Assembly (NCBI GenBank): GCA_963767925.1
Contig: CAVYGB010000008.1
Location: 736,001 to 800,000, forward strand
Direction: 5' to 3'
Length of the DNA stretch: 64,000 nucleotides
Source of the DNA: an uncultured delta proteobacterium
Lineage (GTDB): Bacteria > Myxococcota_A > Polyangia > Fen-1088
Shown: positions 42,844-52,725 of the stretch, piece after piece
Position numbering within the stretch: position 1 is the stretch's first letter
How the letters are laid out: each line of letters starts with the position of its first letter
Notes under the pieces: generated by a model
Told to the model about the DNA's origin: nothing
The model's database searches: none
The model's input: the letters and a program-made list of their open reading frames with translations, nothing else
Position numbers and translations under genes: made by a program

Positions 42844-43614
42844 GTGGCCGATTCGACGTCCGGAGAGCAGCCCGCCGGTCTGACCGAGCCGCTGCTGACC
42901 TTCTTCGCCGCCACCGCCATCGCCTCGGCGCTGTTCTGGGCCGGGCGGGGAGTGACCTTAATCCGGGACAACCTGCACGGCGCGATCGCCCTCGTCTTCC
43001 TGGTGGCGCCGCGGCTGGCCTCGTCCCTCAGCGGGCGGCCCTTCGACTACGACACCGCAGGGCTGCGGCTCGCGCCCGTGCGGCTCAACCTGCGGGTGCT
43101 GGCGGTTGCGCTGGCCATCACCTGGCCGCTCTTCCTGCTGGCCTTCCTGCTCTTCTACGGCTCGGCCTGCTCGCTGAACACGGCGCCCTTCTGGGGCTAT
43201 CTCGTCGACTGGATCGCCCCCACCTGCGCGCGCTGGACAGGGCTGGCCGGGGCGGAGCTCCGGGTGCCGGCGGGGCTGGCCCTGGCGGCGCTGACCCAGA
43301 TCGTCGTCGTGGCGATCCCCGAGGAGCTGTTCTTCCGGGGTTATCTGCAAGGACGCCTGGAGGAACGCTGGCCGCCCCGGCGCTTGCTGCTGGGAGCGCC
43401 CGTCGGCTGGGCGACCGTCGCGGGGAGCGCGCTGTTCGCCCTGGGGCACGTCCTCGTCGACTTCGATCCCCAGCGCCTGGCGGTCTTCATCCCTGGCCTC
43501 GTCTTCGGCTGGATGCGGGCCCGGACCGGATCCATCGCCGCTGGCGCCACGTTCCACGCCCTGTGCAACGTCTACTCCGACGTCCTCCACACCAGCTTCT
43601 TCTGGCGGGTCTAG
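42844..43614 (+). CDS. CPBP (Rce1/Abi) family intramembrane glutamic protease, myxosortase-like
   Basis: PEELFFRG (EExxxR), LFALGH (FxxxH), FHALCN (HxxxN), multiple TM helices. Confidence 0.8.
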   Translation: MADSTSGEQPAGLTEPLLTFFAATAIASALFWAGRGVTLIRDNLHGAIALVFLVAPRLASSLSGRPFDYDTAGLRLAPVRLNLRVLAVALAITWPLFLLAFLLFYGSACSLNTAPFWGYLVDWIAPTCARWTGLAGAELRVPAGLALAALTQIVVVAIPEELFFRGYLQGRLEERWPPRRLLLGAPVGWATVAGSALFALGHVLVDFDPQRLAVFIPGLVFGWMRARTGSIAAGATFHALCNVYSDVLHTSFFWRV

Positions 43615-43672
43615 GCCTCCTGCGGGGAACCGGGAGGGACGGGGCCCCGGCACCTCCGCGCTCGGGGCGCGG

Positions 43673-44080
43673 TCAATCGAGGCCGAGGAGCAGGTCGGTG
43701 GTGGCCTGGTCGGCGGCGGGGAAGGGGTACTTGTCGAAGTCGCCCGAAACCACCCAGCGGAAGTCGGCGACCCTCAGGGCGGCGGGCTTCTCGCCGGGCT
43801 CGAGCTCGGCCTGGTACAGGTTCAGGTCGACCGAGTACCCCTCGTAGTCGTGCCGGCGCGAGGCGATGCGGGCCTTCACCACGACCTTCACCCCGAGCCG
43901 CTCCAGCACCTCCCGGCGGAGGGCGGCCTCGTCGTTTTCACCGGCCTCCACCCGACCGCCGGGGAACTCCCACAGACCAGGGAGCACGGCGGTCTTCCGC
44001 CGCTGGGTGATGAGGTACTTGCCATCGCGTTCGATGACCGCGGCGACGACCCGGATCGGCGTTGCGAGTTTGCGAGACAC
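43673..44080 (-). CDS. MutT/NudG-like NUDIX hydrolase
   Basis: IRVVAAVI, WEFPGGRVEAGENDEAALRREVLERLG Nudix box, FPAAD. Start placed at GTG 44080. Confidence 0.88.
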   Translation of the reverse strand: MSRKLATPIRVVAAVIERDGKYLITQRRKTAVLPGLWEFPGGRVEAGENDEAALRREVLERLGVKVVVKARIASRRHDYEGYSVDLNLYQAELEPGEKPAALRVADFRWVVSGDFDKYPFPAADQATTDLLLGLD

Positions 44081-44148
44081 GGGGATGGCGATGATACATC
44101 GGTCGACAGGTCGGTGGCGGGCGATCTGTGCTAGATAACAGCCGTCCC

Positions 44149-44574
44149 ATGGCGAAGCAGGTGACCCCATCCGAGGCCGCAGAGCTCATCTCGAAGGGCT
44201 GGAAGTACCTCGACGTCCGTTCTATCCCCGAGTTCGAGCAAGGGCACCCCGAAGGGGCGGCCAACGTCCCCCTTCTGCATTCCCAGGGTGGCCGCATGAT
44301 CCCCAACCCGGAGTTCCAGCAGGTCATCGAGGCCAACTTCGGCAAGGGCGACATGCTGGTGGTCGGCTGCAAGATGAGCGGCCGCTCGGCGCAGGCCGTC
44401 GCCGTGCTGGAGGCAGCGGGCTACACCAGCATCGCCCACATGCGCGGTGGCTTCTCCGGTGAGCGCGATATGTACGGCAAGGTGAGCGCGCCAGGATGGG
44501 CCGAGTCCGGCTTGCCGGTCGCGACCCAGCCCGCCTCGGGCGCCAGCTACGCCGAGCTGGTCAAGAAGAAGTAG
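44149..44574 (+). CDS. Single-domain rhodanese
   Basis: YLDVRSIPEFEQGHPEGAANVP; active-site loop CKMSGRS. Confidence 0.88.
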   Translation: MAKQVTPSEAAELISKGWKYLDVRSIPEFEQGHPEGAANVPLLHSQGGRMIPNPEFQQVIEANFGKGDMLVVGCKMSGRSAQAVAVLEAAGYTSIAHMRGGFSGERDMYGKVSAPGWAESGLPVATQPASGASYAELVKKK

Positions 44575-44655
44575 CCCCGCGGCCGGTCGACCGGCCGCCA
44601 GGGCCCTTCGGGCACGTCCGCTCCGGACGCGACTCGCCTCTGCTCCGGGCTGCCT

Positions 44656-47232
44656 TCACTTCTGATCGGCGAGCTGGATGCCGGCCTTCTGGCACCAGGC
44701 CTTGACCAGGTCCTTGAGCTTGACGTCGTCGATGCGCTGGTAGGCCTTGGTGGCGTCGCCGACGTTGCGCAGGGAACAGGAGCACGAGGCGACGATCTGA
44801 TACGCCTTGGTCAGCGACGGCCGGATCTTCAGCGCCCGCCGGGCGCTGTCGATCGCCAGCATGTACTGTCCGCGCAGCCAGGCCTGCTGGGCATCCTGCA
44901 CCAGCGCCTCGGGGTCCCCGGTCGGCTCGGGAGCGGCGGGGGGCGTGGGGCGGGTGGCCGGCGGGGTTCGGGGGGTCGCGGCGGCGAGCTGCCGCTGGGC
45001 GGCCGGCGCCGACGTTCGGGTCGTGGCAGACGCTACCGGGCGCGGCTCCGTGGGCTCGGGCGGCGGGGTGCGCGCGGCCTGCTCCCGGGCGGCGGCCTCG
45101 CGGGCCGCGGTCCGGGCGGCGGCCTCCCGGGCGGCCTGCTCCTTGGCAGTGGCGTCGCGGGCAGCCTGCTCCCGGGCGGCGGTACGCGCGGCGGCTTCCC
45201 GTGCGGCCTGTTCCTTTGCCACCTGGGCGGCTTGCTCCTTGGCGAGGCGGTTGGCCTCGTCGCGGGCGGCCTTCTCCTTGGCGGTCCGCTCGCGGGCGGC
45301 GACACGCTCCACCTCGTCGCGGGCGGCCTTCTCCTTGGCGGCCTGCTCCCTGACGAGGCGGTTGGCCTCGTCGCGGGCAGCCTTCTCCTGGGCGGCTTGC
45401 TCCTTGGCGAGGCGGTTGGCCTCGTCGCGAACGGCCTTCTCCTTGGCGGCCTGCTCGCGGGCAGCGGCACGCTCGGCGGCGTCCTTGGCGGCTTGCTCCT
45501 TGGCCACCAGCTCCTTGGCGGCCCGCTCGCGGTCGGCGATCTCCTTGGCGGCCTTGGCCTCCTTGGCGGCGATCTCCTTGGCCTCCCGGGCCTCCTTGGC
45601 CGCCAGCTCGCGCGCCTCGCGCGCCACCTTGGCGGCCGCTTCCTTGGCCGCGGCGTCCTTGGCAGCCTGCTCCTTGGCCACCAGCTCGCGCGCTTCGCGC
45701 TCGCGCTTTTCGACCTGGCGGGCCATCACCCGTTCGCACTTCTCGATCGCGGAGCGGGCCCCTTCGTGCTCGGGCTCGAGGGCCAGCACCCGATCGGTCT
45801 CCGCCCGGGCCTGGTCGCATTCACCGCGGGCGGCAAACTTCTGGGCCTCGGCCAGCCGCACCGTGATCACCCGGGTCTGGGCGGTCCGCCGCAGGGAGAG
45901 GGCCCGGGGCCGGTAGATGCTGCTCTCGGCGATGCCGCCGAAGAGGGTGAGGACCTCTTCGTGGTTGTTCGCCTTGGCCGCTTCCTTGATCTTGGAGAAG
46001 CGGGCCGAGGCCTCCTGCTCGCTCTCGATGACCTCTCTCAGCGTGACCGCTTCCTGGGAGAGGGGGGCCAGGTCCAGCGCCCCCTTGACGGCCTCGAGGG
46101 CCACGTCCCAGCTCTCCTTGGCCTTGGCCGCCTTGGCCTGGGCGATCAGGCTCTCGGGGGATCCCGAGGGACCGGAGGGCAGGGCGGCCATCGGCGGCAT
46201 CGGCGCCGGGCTGGGATCGGGGGAGCCGGCCGCCACGGGAGCGGAGGCAACCGGGGCCTGCGTCGGCTCGCTCGAGCCGAGATCGCCCCCCCGCATGGCA
46301 AAGGCCAGGGCGAAGCCGGCCACCACGACCGCCCCGCCGGCACCGGCGAACACCAGGCGCCGCTTGCTCCGGCCCGCCTCACCGATGTCGAAGTCGACGT
46401 AGTCGGCCCCGGAGGTGAAGCGCAGGCGGACGTGACCGAGCTCCAGGGTGTCGCCGCTCTTGAGCTCGACCCGCTCGAACTCGCTGCCGTTGACCCGCAC
46501 GCCATTGGCACTCTCCAGATCGACGACGATGTACTTGTCGCCGTCGCGGATGACCTTGGCGTGGTGCCGGGAGATCGACTTGTGGTTGAGGACGATGTCG
46601 TTTTCGGGGGTCCGCCCGATGACCAGCGACGGCCGATCGAGGACGAACTCGGTCCCCGCCAGGTTGGTGGTGATGACCACCAGGCGCGCGGGCGCCACCC
46701 CGGGCGCCTGTCCGGGCGCCAGCGACTGCTCGGCCAGCGTCCGCACCGGGATGGTGGGCGCCGCATCCAGCGTCGCCTCGGGTGGGGGCGCGGTGGACGG
46801 AACCGCCGGAGAAGGGCGCGTCTGGACCCCGAGCGCGCCCGCCGGCAAGGCCGTCGTGCTGGGCAGCGGCGGCGCGGGGACGGTCGACGGGCCAGGTGGG
46901 GTCGTGAAGGGGGCCGCGCCGTACAGCCTGGTGGCGACGGGGCGATCGGCCCGCACGGTCAGCTTGTAGTCGCCGATGATGACGAGGTCGCCGTCCTTGA
47001 GAGAGGTCGGGGCGACCACCCGTCCACCGTTGACCTTGATCCCGTTGAAGCTGCCGAGGTCCTCGACGAACAGCGTGCTGTTCTGCCGGAAGAATCGGGC
47101 ATGCCGGCGCGAGATGTTTCGCTCCGTCAGCCGGATGCTATTGCCCTCCTGACGGCCAACGGTGATCTCGTCACGAATGAGGGGTACGACGACAGTCTTT
47201 CCCTCATCGTCCTCTATAGTCAGCTTATGCAT
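44656..47232 (-). CDS. Double-FHA membrane protein with TPR-like and long Ala/Lys/Glu coiled-coil periplasmic region
   Basis: FHA1 (GRQEGN...ISRRHA...GSFNG), FHA2 (GRTPEN...ISRHHA...SANG), TM helix, TPR-like helices, AKEQAA repeats, Cys-containing C-terminal TPR. Confidence 0.85.
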   Translation of the reverse strand: MHKLTIEDDEGKTVVVPLIRDEITVGRQEGNSIRLTERNISRRHARFFRQNSTLFVEDLGSFNGIKVNGGRVVAPTSLKDGDLVIIGDYKLTVRADRPVATRLYGAAPFTTPPGPSTVPAPPLPSTTALPAGALGVQTRPSPAVPSTAPPPEATLDAAPTIPVRTLAEQSLAPGQAPGVAPARLVVITTNLAGTEFVLDRPSLVIGRTPENDIVLNHKSISRHHAKVIRDGDKYIVVDLESANGVRVNGSEFERVELKSGDTLELGHVRLRFTSGADYVDFDIGEAGRSKRRLVFAGAGGAVVVAGFALAFAMRGGDLGSSEPTQAPVASAPVAAGSPDPSPAPMPPMAALPSGPSGSPESLIAQAKAAKAKESWDVALEAVKGALDLAPLSQEAVTLREVIESEQEASARFSKIKEAAKANNHEEVLTLFGGIAESSIYRPRALSLRRTAQTRVITVRLAEAQKFAARGECDQARAETDRVLALEPEHEGARSAIEKCERVMARQVEKREREARELVAKEQAAKDAAAKEAAAKVAREARELAAKEAREAKEIAAKEAKAAKEIADRERAAKELVAKEQAAKDAAERAAAREQAAKEKAVRDEANRLAKEQAAQEKAARDEANRLVREQAAKEKAARDEVERVAARERTAKEKAARDEANRLAKEQAAQVAKEQAAREAAARTAAREQAARDATAKEQAAREAAARTAAREAAAREQAARTPPPEPTEPRPVASATTRTSAPAAQRQLAAATPRTPPATRPTPPAAPEPTGDPEALVQDAQQAWLRGQYMLAIDSARRALKIRPSLTKAYQIVASCSCSLRNVGDATKAYQRIDDVKLKDLVKAWCQKAGIQLADQK
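45080..45700 (-). repeat. Coding tandem repeats (AKEQAA; 54-bp [18 protein letters not shown] units)
   Basis: Near-identical ggcggcttgctccttggcgaggcggttggcctcgtcgcg units at about 45226, 45338 and 45391, plus shorter degenerate copies. Confidence 0.8.
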
Positions 47233-47388
47233 ATGGCGAGGCCGCCGCCCCCTGGGCGGTAAAGCCCGACTTTAGCCGCGCGTTTTTCCACGGTCAAGCC
47301 AAGCGGGCCGTAACGACGCATAAACGTTCGCGATTTCTACGGCCCTGCGCGACGCCGACGGCCCGCCGACGCAGGGTCGAAAAGCGGC

Positions 47389-48345
47389 TCACAGGCCCTT
47401 CACGTGCGGATAGGTGAGCAGCAGGTCGTTCTCTGTCAAGGCGTCGTCGGGATCGGCCGGCGTCCAGACGACCTCCAGGCCCATCAGCCCTCGAGGGGGA
47501 ACGCTCCCCAGCTCGGCCAGGACGGTGTCGAGCTCCTCCCGGTCGGTCAGGCTCTTTAGGCTGGCGAGCTGCACCCGCGTCGCGACCAGGACCGTCACCA
47601 TCAAGTATTCCAGCACCTCGTCGCTGGCCGCGGGCGCCGCGCTGGAGCGGCGAACCGAGCCGTCGGCGCCGCGTATGCGCTCTACCTGAAAGCGCGAGCG
47701 TTCGGCCAGGGACAGCGCGCTGAGCTTGCTCTCGCCGTTGGCCAGGTTGAACGGCCCCGTGGCCTCCGCGCTCCCGTAGCGGATCGAGTGCTTCTCCCGG
47801 AGGAGCTCGAGGGCGGTCTGCTGCAGGAGCTGGGCGAGCCCGGCCTCGCTGCCGGTGTCGCCCTCGTCGGCAAACCGGGCGAGTCGCTCCTGGATGCCGC
47901 GGGCCGAGCGTCCCAGTCCGAGCTGCACCTTGTAGACGAACACACGGCTGGGCGCGACGTCCTCGTCCTCGTAGTCGTCGCCATCTCCGTAGAGAGATGA
48001 GCCGCCCTGTCGCCGGGCCTGCGCTTGGCGCACCGCTCGGACGACCATGACCGTTCCGAGCCCGACCAGGGCCAGCATCATCAGGGAGCCGCCAAAGCCA
48101 CAACCACCGGCGCCGAAGGGGGAGAGGCCCCAGCCGAAGCTGGGAAAGATGATGAAGCTGGGACCGGGGCTGGTGCGCGGCACCTGCGCGGCGGTCCGGC
48201 TCCGTGAAAACGATCCGCCGCCCGAGCGGAATCCGCCCCGCCCGCTGAAGCTGCCGCCCGAACGCGGTCCGGCCAGGGCCAGCGCCGGCTCCAGCACCAG
48301 AGCGAGGAGGGAGCCGATCAGGACGAAGCGACGGAGCCGAGCCAT
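47389..48345 (-). CDS. DUF1517 family protein (FLAP1-like)
   Basis: RSGGSFSGRGGFR after the signal/TM; VYKVQLGL...IQERL, GLAQLLQQTALELLR, ERSRF, LEVVWTP...DALTENDLLLTYP. Confidence 0.8.
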   Translation of the reverse strand: MARLRRFVLIGSLLALVLEPALALAGPRSGGSFSGRGGFRSGGGSFSRSRTAAQVPRTSPGPSFIIFPSFGWGLSPFGAGGCGFGGSLMMLALVGLGTVMVVRAVRQAQARRQGGSSLYGDGDDYEDEDVAPSRVFVYKVQLGLGRSARGIQERLARFADEGDTGSEAGLAQLLQQTALELLREKHSIRYGSAEATGPFNLANGESKLSALSLAERSRFQVERIRGADGSVRRSSAAPAASDEVLEYLMVTVLVATRVQLASLKSLTDREELDTVLAELGSVPPRGLMGLEVVWTPADPDDALTENDLLLTYPHVKGL

Positions 48346-48398
48346 GAGCGAAGGTTAACGACCGTGCCGGGGGGAATCAAACCGAAACGGCGCGCTCC

Positions 48399-49745
48399 TC
48401 ACAGCAGGAGGATGTCGTTGCTGTCTAGCTCCATCGGTTCCCAGGGCAGAGCGGCTCCCAGGCGCAGATCGTTGTCGCGCGCCCGCCGCTCGGCGACGCC
48501 GGCGAAGTAGTCGCGAACCTCGGGGAAGGCCGCGCTGAGCCGGTCGACGTAGACCCGGGCCAGGTAGAGCAAGGTGCAACGGGTCAGCGCGCAGACGGTG
48601 GCGGAGGTGGGCAGATTCGTGATGAGCGACATCTCCCCGAAGATCTCCCCGGTGGTGAGCCGGGCCAGCGGCACCGAGGCGTCGGCCAGCGGATCGCGCG
48701 CGACGACCTCCAGCTCGCCCACCAGCACCACATAGAGGCCCCGGCCCTCCTCGCCCTCCCGGATGATTGTGTCCCCCGCCTCGACTTCGAGGCCCTCGAA
48801 GCGGCGGAGCAGGTCGGCCTGCTGCTCCCTGGTGAAGGGGGTGAACAGCGGGGAGCTCGACAGGAGGTTCTTGATGAGGCGCTCGCGGGCGAACCGATCC
48901 AGCGAGGTGCGAAGGGCCGGGAGCTGGTCTGCGGCTGCCTGCAGGGCCTCCCGAGTGAGCTCGATGACCTCCGCCTCGCGGACCACCGCGACGGTCGCCG
49001 CCCGGGGCTGGCTGGTCAGGAGCGCCATCTCTCCCACGAGGCTGTTCTCGTGGACCCGGGCCAGCTCGCGGGTGTCCCCGTCCGGGGCCTGCAGGAGCAC
49101 GCGCAGCTCGCCGCTGGCGACCAGGTAGAGCGAGCTGCCCGGCTCGCCCTGGCGCAGGACCAGCTCACCCGGCGCCAGGCGGTGCACCTGCGCCGAATCG
49201 AGCACCGCGCGTAGAGGTTCCTCGGCCAGGTCCGAGAGAAACGGGATCCGATGGAGCTGGGGACGGTACGGGCCGTAGGCCGTCAGATCGAGGGCCCGCC
49301 GGTGGGCGGCCAGGGCCAGCTCGTCGAAGGGCAGGGCCTCCCGAGCCTCCTCGTCGGCGATCGGGGTGTGAGGGTCGGGCGGGGCCGGGCGGGAGGCGAA
49401 CGGCGCGAGCCGGACCGAGCCGTCGGCGTAGGTGCGGGCGACCTCCTCGAGGATCTCCGGCGCGGGTCGGCCCAGCCGCACCAGCGCCTGGGCCGCGGCG
49501 ATTGCCCGCAGCGGCTGCCCGATGTGGATGAAGTGATTGGCCAGCACGCGCCAGAGCTCGTGAGCCTCGTCGCGCAGACCGCTGCGCGCCAGGATCTCGG
49601 CCACCTCGAGCCGGAGCTGATCGTCGAGCGGAAAGGTGGCGAGCAGCCGGTGATTGAGGGCCAGGGCGCCGGGATAGTCGCCTTCCTTGAACAGGGCGCG
49701 GATGCGGTGCTTGGCCTCTACCAGGGTCGGGGGCTGGTCCGGCAT
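48399..49745 (-). CDS. TPR plus two cyclic-nucleotide-binding domains
   Basis: QGEPGSSLYLVASGEL...GEMALL...PRAATV and EGEEGRGLYVVLVGEL...FGEMSL...PTSATV. Start ATG 49745. Confidence 0.85.
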   Translation of the reverse strand: MPDQPPTLVEAKHRIRALFKEGDYPGALALNHRLLATFPLDDQLRLEVAEILARSGLRDEAHELWRVLANHFIHIGQPLRAIAAAQALVRLGRPAPEILEEVARTYADGSVRLAPFASRPAPPDPHTPIADEEAREALPFDELALAAHRRALDLTAYGPYRPQLHRIPFLSDLAEEPLRAVLDSAQVHRLAPGELVLRQGEPGSSLYLVASGELRVLLQAPDGDTRELARVHENSLVGEMALLTSQPRAATVAVVREAEVIELTREALQAAADQLPALRTSLDRFARERLIKNLLSSSPLFTPFTREQQADLLRRFEGLEVEAGDTIIREGEEGRGLYVVLVGELEVVARDPLADASVPLARLTTGEIFGEMSLITNLPTSATVCALTRCTLLYLARVYVDRLSAAFPEVRDYFAGVAERRARDNDLRLGAALPWEPMELDSNDILLL

Positions 49746-49782
49746 GTGAAAATCTCCCCTCGCGCGCATAGACTCGAATGCA

Positions 49783-50490
49783 ATGGCAAGCGAGTCAACC
49801 GCGCCGCAGCTCCTGCTCGAACGGATCGAGCGGCTGGGCTGGCCGGAGATCGCCCGGACGACCCTGGGCCACCCCATCCGGGCAGCGGCGATGCCGTCGG
49901 GCAGGGAGGGGGCGCCGCTGATCCTCGTGGGGGGCGTCCACGGCGACGAGCCGTCATCGGTCGAGGTGGTGCTCGATCTGGTGGAGCGCTGGCCGGAGGG
50001 GGCTGCTCCCACCTGGGTCGTGCCCGCGCTCAATCCGGATGGGATCGCAACGGGACGCAAGAATTCCGCCCGTGACGTCGATCTGAACCGCAACTTTCCT
50101 GCCCGGAACTTCAGCAGCGCCCACCGGCCTGGGTACGCGCCGGGGGAGGGGCCGGCCTCCGAGCCGGAGACGCAGGCCCTGGTGGAGCTGGTAGACAGGT
50201 GTTCCCCCTGGGGGGTGGTGGCGGTGCACGCGCCGTTCGCGTGCATCAACTATGACGGCCCAGCGGCGAGCTGGGCGGAGGCGGTGGCCGGAGCCTGTGG
50301 CTGGCCGGCGCGCGCCGATATCGGCTACCCGACGCCCGGCTCGCTGGGGAGCTGGCTGGGCGTCGATCTCGGCCTGCCGGTGCTGACGATCGAGCTGCCG
50401 GCGGGGCCCCTCGCGGCATTCCGCGACCCCGCGCTCCGCGCCGTGGGCGCCGCGGTGGCGTGGCGGTTCACCGCGGGCTCCGTCCGGTAA
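49783..50490 (+). CDS. M14 zinc carboxypeptidase, murein peptide amidase MpaA-like
   Basis: GGVHGDE, NPDG, VDLNRNFP, SEPET, IGYPTPGSLGSW, TIELP. Confidence 0.85.
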   Translation: MASESTAPQLLLERIERLGWPEIARTTLGHPIRAAAMPSGREGAPLILVGGVHGDEPSSVEVVLDLVERWPEGAAPTWVVPALNPDGIATGRKNSARDVDLNRNFPARNFSSAHRPGYAPGEGPASEPETQALVELVDRCSPWGVVAVHAPFACINYDGPAASWAEAVAGACGWPARADIGYPTPGSLGSWLGVDLGLPVLTIELPAGPLAAFRDPALRAVGAAVAWRFTAGSVR

Positions 50491-50628
50491 CCGGCGCCAC
50501 CGAGTGCAGGTGGGGTGATCCTCGCCGGGCGAATATCTGCGGTAACATCTGGAATCATGTAGTATGCGTCAAGTCTGGTCGCCGATAGTCCGACCGAACG
50601 CCTATCAACTTACCGTTTCAGTCTGTCC

Positions 50629-51219
50629 ATGGATAAGGATGTAGAGAGAGGGTTTCTCGAGGTTTACTCGAAGGCGCTGGTGTCTCTGCCGTTCGATGTG
50701 AAGGTGCTCCTCGAAGCGGTCAGCGATGCGGATCTCGAACATGGCGTTCGAGAGCTGGCAGCGGCAGCGGTGGTGCACGTCATCACGGCCAAGGACGGCA
50801 ACGTCGAGCCGTTCATTCGCCACGCCGAGGACGTCCTGCTGCTCCGGCTCGCTCTGCGCAAGATCCTCGCCGAAGGCGGGGAAGGGGCGGAGGCTTTCAA
50901 GACCCGGTTCGACGAGAACTACGGCCGGCTGGAGAGCGAGATCACCGTCTTCGAGGGTGCCTTCGGGGGAGACGTCATCAGCTGGCTCGACAACAAGTGG
51001 CCAGCCTTGCTGAAGGCGGTCTACGCCCGCAAGAAGGTCATCCAGTTCGTCGATGACGAAGAGGTCGGCACGTTCCTCTACGACGAGGGACTGCGCTTCG
51101 GCACCGAGTACCCGATCACGGAGAGATCGCTCGCCGGACGGGTCAAGCAGGGTCAGCCGATCGTCGATCACCTCGTGCGGAAACGCGAACAGGATCGAAA
51201 GAGGATCTCGCACCCGTAG
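50629..51219 (+). CDS. Conserved hypothetical protein (DUF1232/YkvA-like N-terminus)
   Basis: 196-aa ORF; LPFDVKVLL...AAAAVVHVIT...EDVLLLRLAL pattern. Confidence 0.6.
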   Translation: MDKDVERGFLEVYSKALVSLPFDVKVLLEAVSDADLEHGVRELAAAAVVHVITAKDGNVEPFIRHAEDVLLLRLALRKILAEGGEGAEAFKTRFDENYGRLESEITVFEGAFGGDVISWLDNKWPALLKAVYARKKVIQFVDDEEVGTFLYDEGLRFGTEYPITERSLAGRVKQGQPIVDHLVRKREQDRKRISHP

Positions 51220-51258
51220 CAACCGCGCGGGTTCGAGGTCGTCGCGGCAGAGCAGTTC

Positions 51259-52193
51259 ATGGCCGGTCCGATATCGTCGGCGGCGCCTTTCGGCGCCGGG
51301 CCCGAAGCAATCCTCGATGTGGCTTGCCGGGTGGCGCGCGAGCCCCTCGTGTTGCCCGACGAGATCACGGAGGCCGCCCGCGAGGTGGCCCCCTCGGTCT
51401 CGGAGCTGCCGGTGGCCAAGCTGCGGAGCGCCGTCGAGAACATCATCATGGCGCCCCACCTGGGCGCCGGGCTGCAGTGGCTGCACGACGCCGGGGTGCT
51501 GGGCATCGTGCTGCCCGAGCTGGACGCCACCGTTGATTTTTCCCAGGAGGCCGGCCGCCGGCACAAGGACGTCTGGGAGCACACGAAGCAGGTCGTCCTG
51601 CAGTCGCCGCCCAAGGCGATCGTGCGCTGGTCGGCCTTGCTCCACGACATCGGCAAGGTGCCGACGCGGGTGCTTGCTGCCAGACGGGCGGGTGACCTTT
51701 CACCGCCACGCCGAGGTCGGTGCTCGCATGTTCGACGGGATCGCCCGGCGGCTGCAGTTCGACCGCGAGTCGCGGCAGCGGATCAAGTTCCTCATCTATC
51801 ACCACCTGCGGGCCAACGCCTATCAGGCCTCCTGGACCGACTCGGCGGTGCGCCGGTTCGATCACGAGATGGGGCGCTACCTCGACGAGCTGGTCGAGCT
51901 CTCCCTGGCCGACGTGACCTCGCGGCGGCCGGGGCGGCGGCAGGAGGCTGCCCGCAACGTCGAGGCGCTGGTGCACCGGATCCACGACGTGCGGGAGCTG
52001 GACGCCAAGGTGCCGCCCCTGCCGCCGGGGCTGGGCAACGCCTTCATGACCAGACTTCCAGATCGCCCCCGGCCGACGGATCGGGGAGCTGCGCAAGATG
52101 TGCGAAGACGCCATCGAGCGGGGCGAGCTGGAGGAGCGGCGCGAGGCGGACTACTACGTCGCCTTCCTGCGCGGCCGCGGGGTCAGCGGTTGA
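51259..52193 (+). CDS. HD-domain protein resembling the body/tail of a CCA-adding enzyme, lacking the nucleotidyltransferase head (frameshifts near 51675 and 52050)
   Basis: GLQWLHDAGVLGIVLPEL, HKDVWEHT, ALLHDIGK, FHRHAEVGA, HHLR, LAD, tail PGRRIGEL. Confidence 0.75.
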
Positions 52194-52725
52194 CCGCGGC
52201 GCCCCCGCGCCGCTGACCAGCTCCGCGCCGGGATCGTTCGCACGCGACGCCGAACCGCCCGTCTGGCCGTGATCGCCGACAGCGCCGAGGCGAGCGGGCT
52301 CATGGACCGCGCCCGCGTCGATCGGCGATCGATCCCGGCGGGATGGAACGAACATCAGCGCGGCGTATTGAAGCGCGCGGCAGCAACGGCAAACGCCCGC
52401 GCGCAGCTCCGTTTCTTGATTGGGTTCAGAGGGCGGCGTTTCTCAGCAAATGACGAGGGCCGCATCGTGGCAGGAGAATCTATCCAACGATGGGCCCCTG
52501 CGCCGCGCGCGTGACGGCTGTGTTTCGGCCGGTCGCCGGAAGGTTGAGGCGTTGGAGTGTCTCGAATGGTGACGCGAGCGGGCGCCCTGCCATCCGTACT
52601 GCGACATGGGATCACGAGTGGTATTGGCACGTCCAAAGACTAGAAAAACGTCCCTCGAAGCGAATAGCATTGCCCCTCGACGGGACTGCAGGTGGGACGC
52701 AGAGGTCCCGCGTAAAGGAGAGACT

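Noticed and set aside
45080..45700. Repeats as a CRISPR array
   Set aside because: In-frame coding repeats without unique spacers; no cas genes.
50562..50588. GCCGATAG sigma28-like -10
   Set aside because: No TAAA-like -35 at 15-16 nt spacing.
52624..52640. TTGGCACG sigma54 -24 box upstream of cotH
   Set aside because: The -12 position reads GA, not GC.
52690..52716. GTGGGACGCAGAG resembling part of a c-di-GMP-I riboswitch
   Set aside because: The upstream GGCAAA/GNRA P2 stem is missing.
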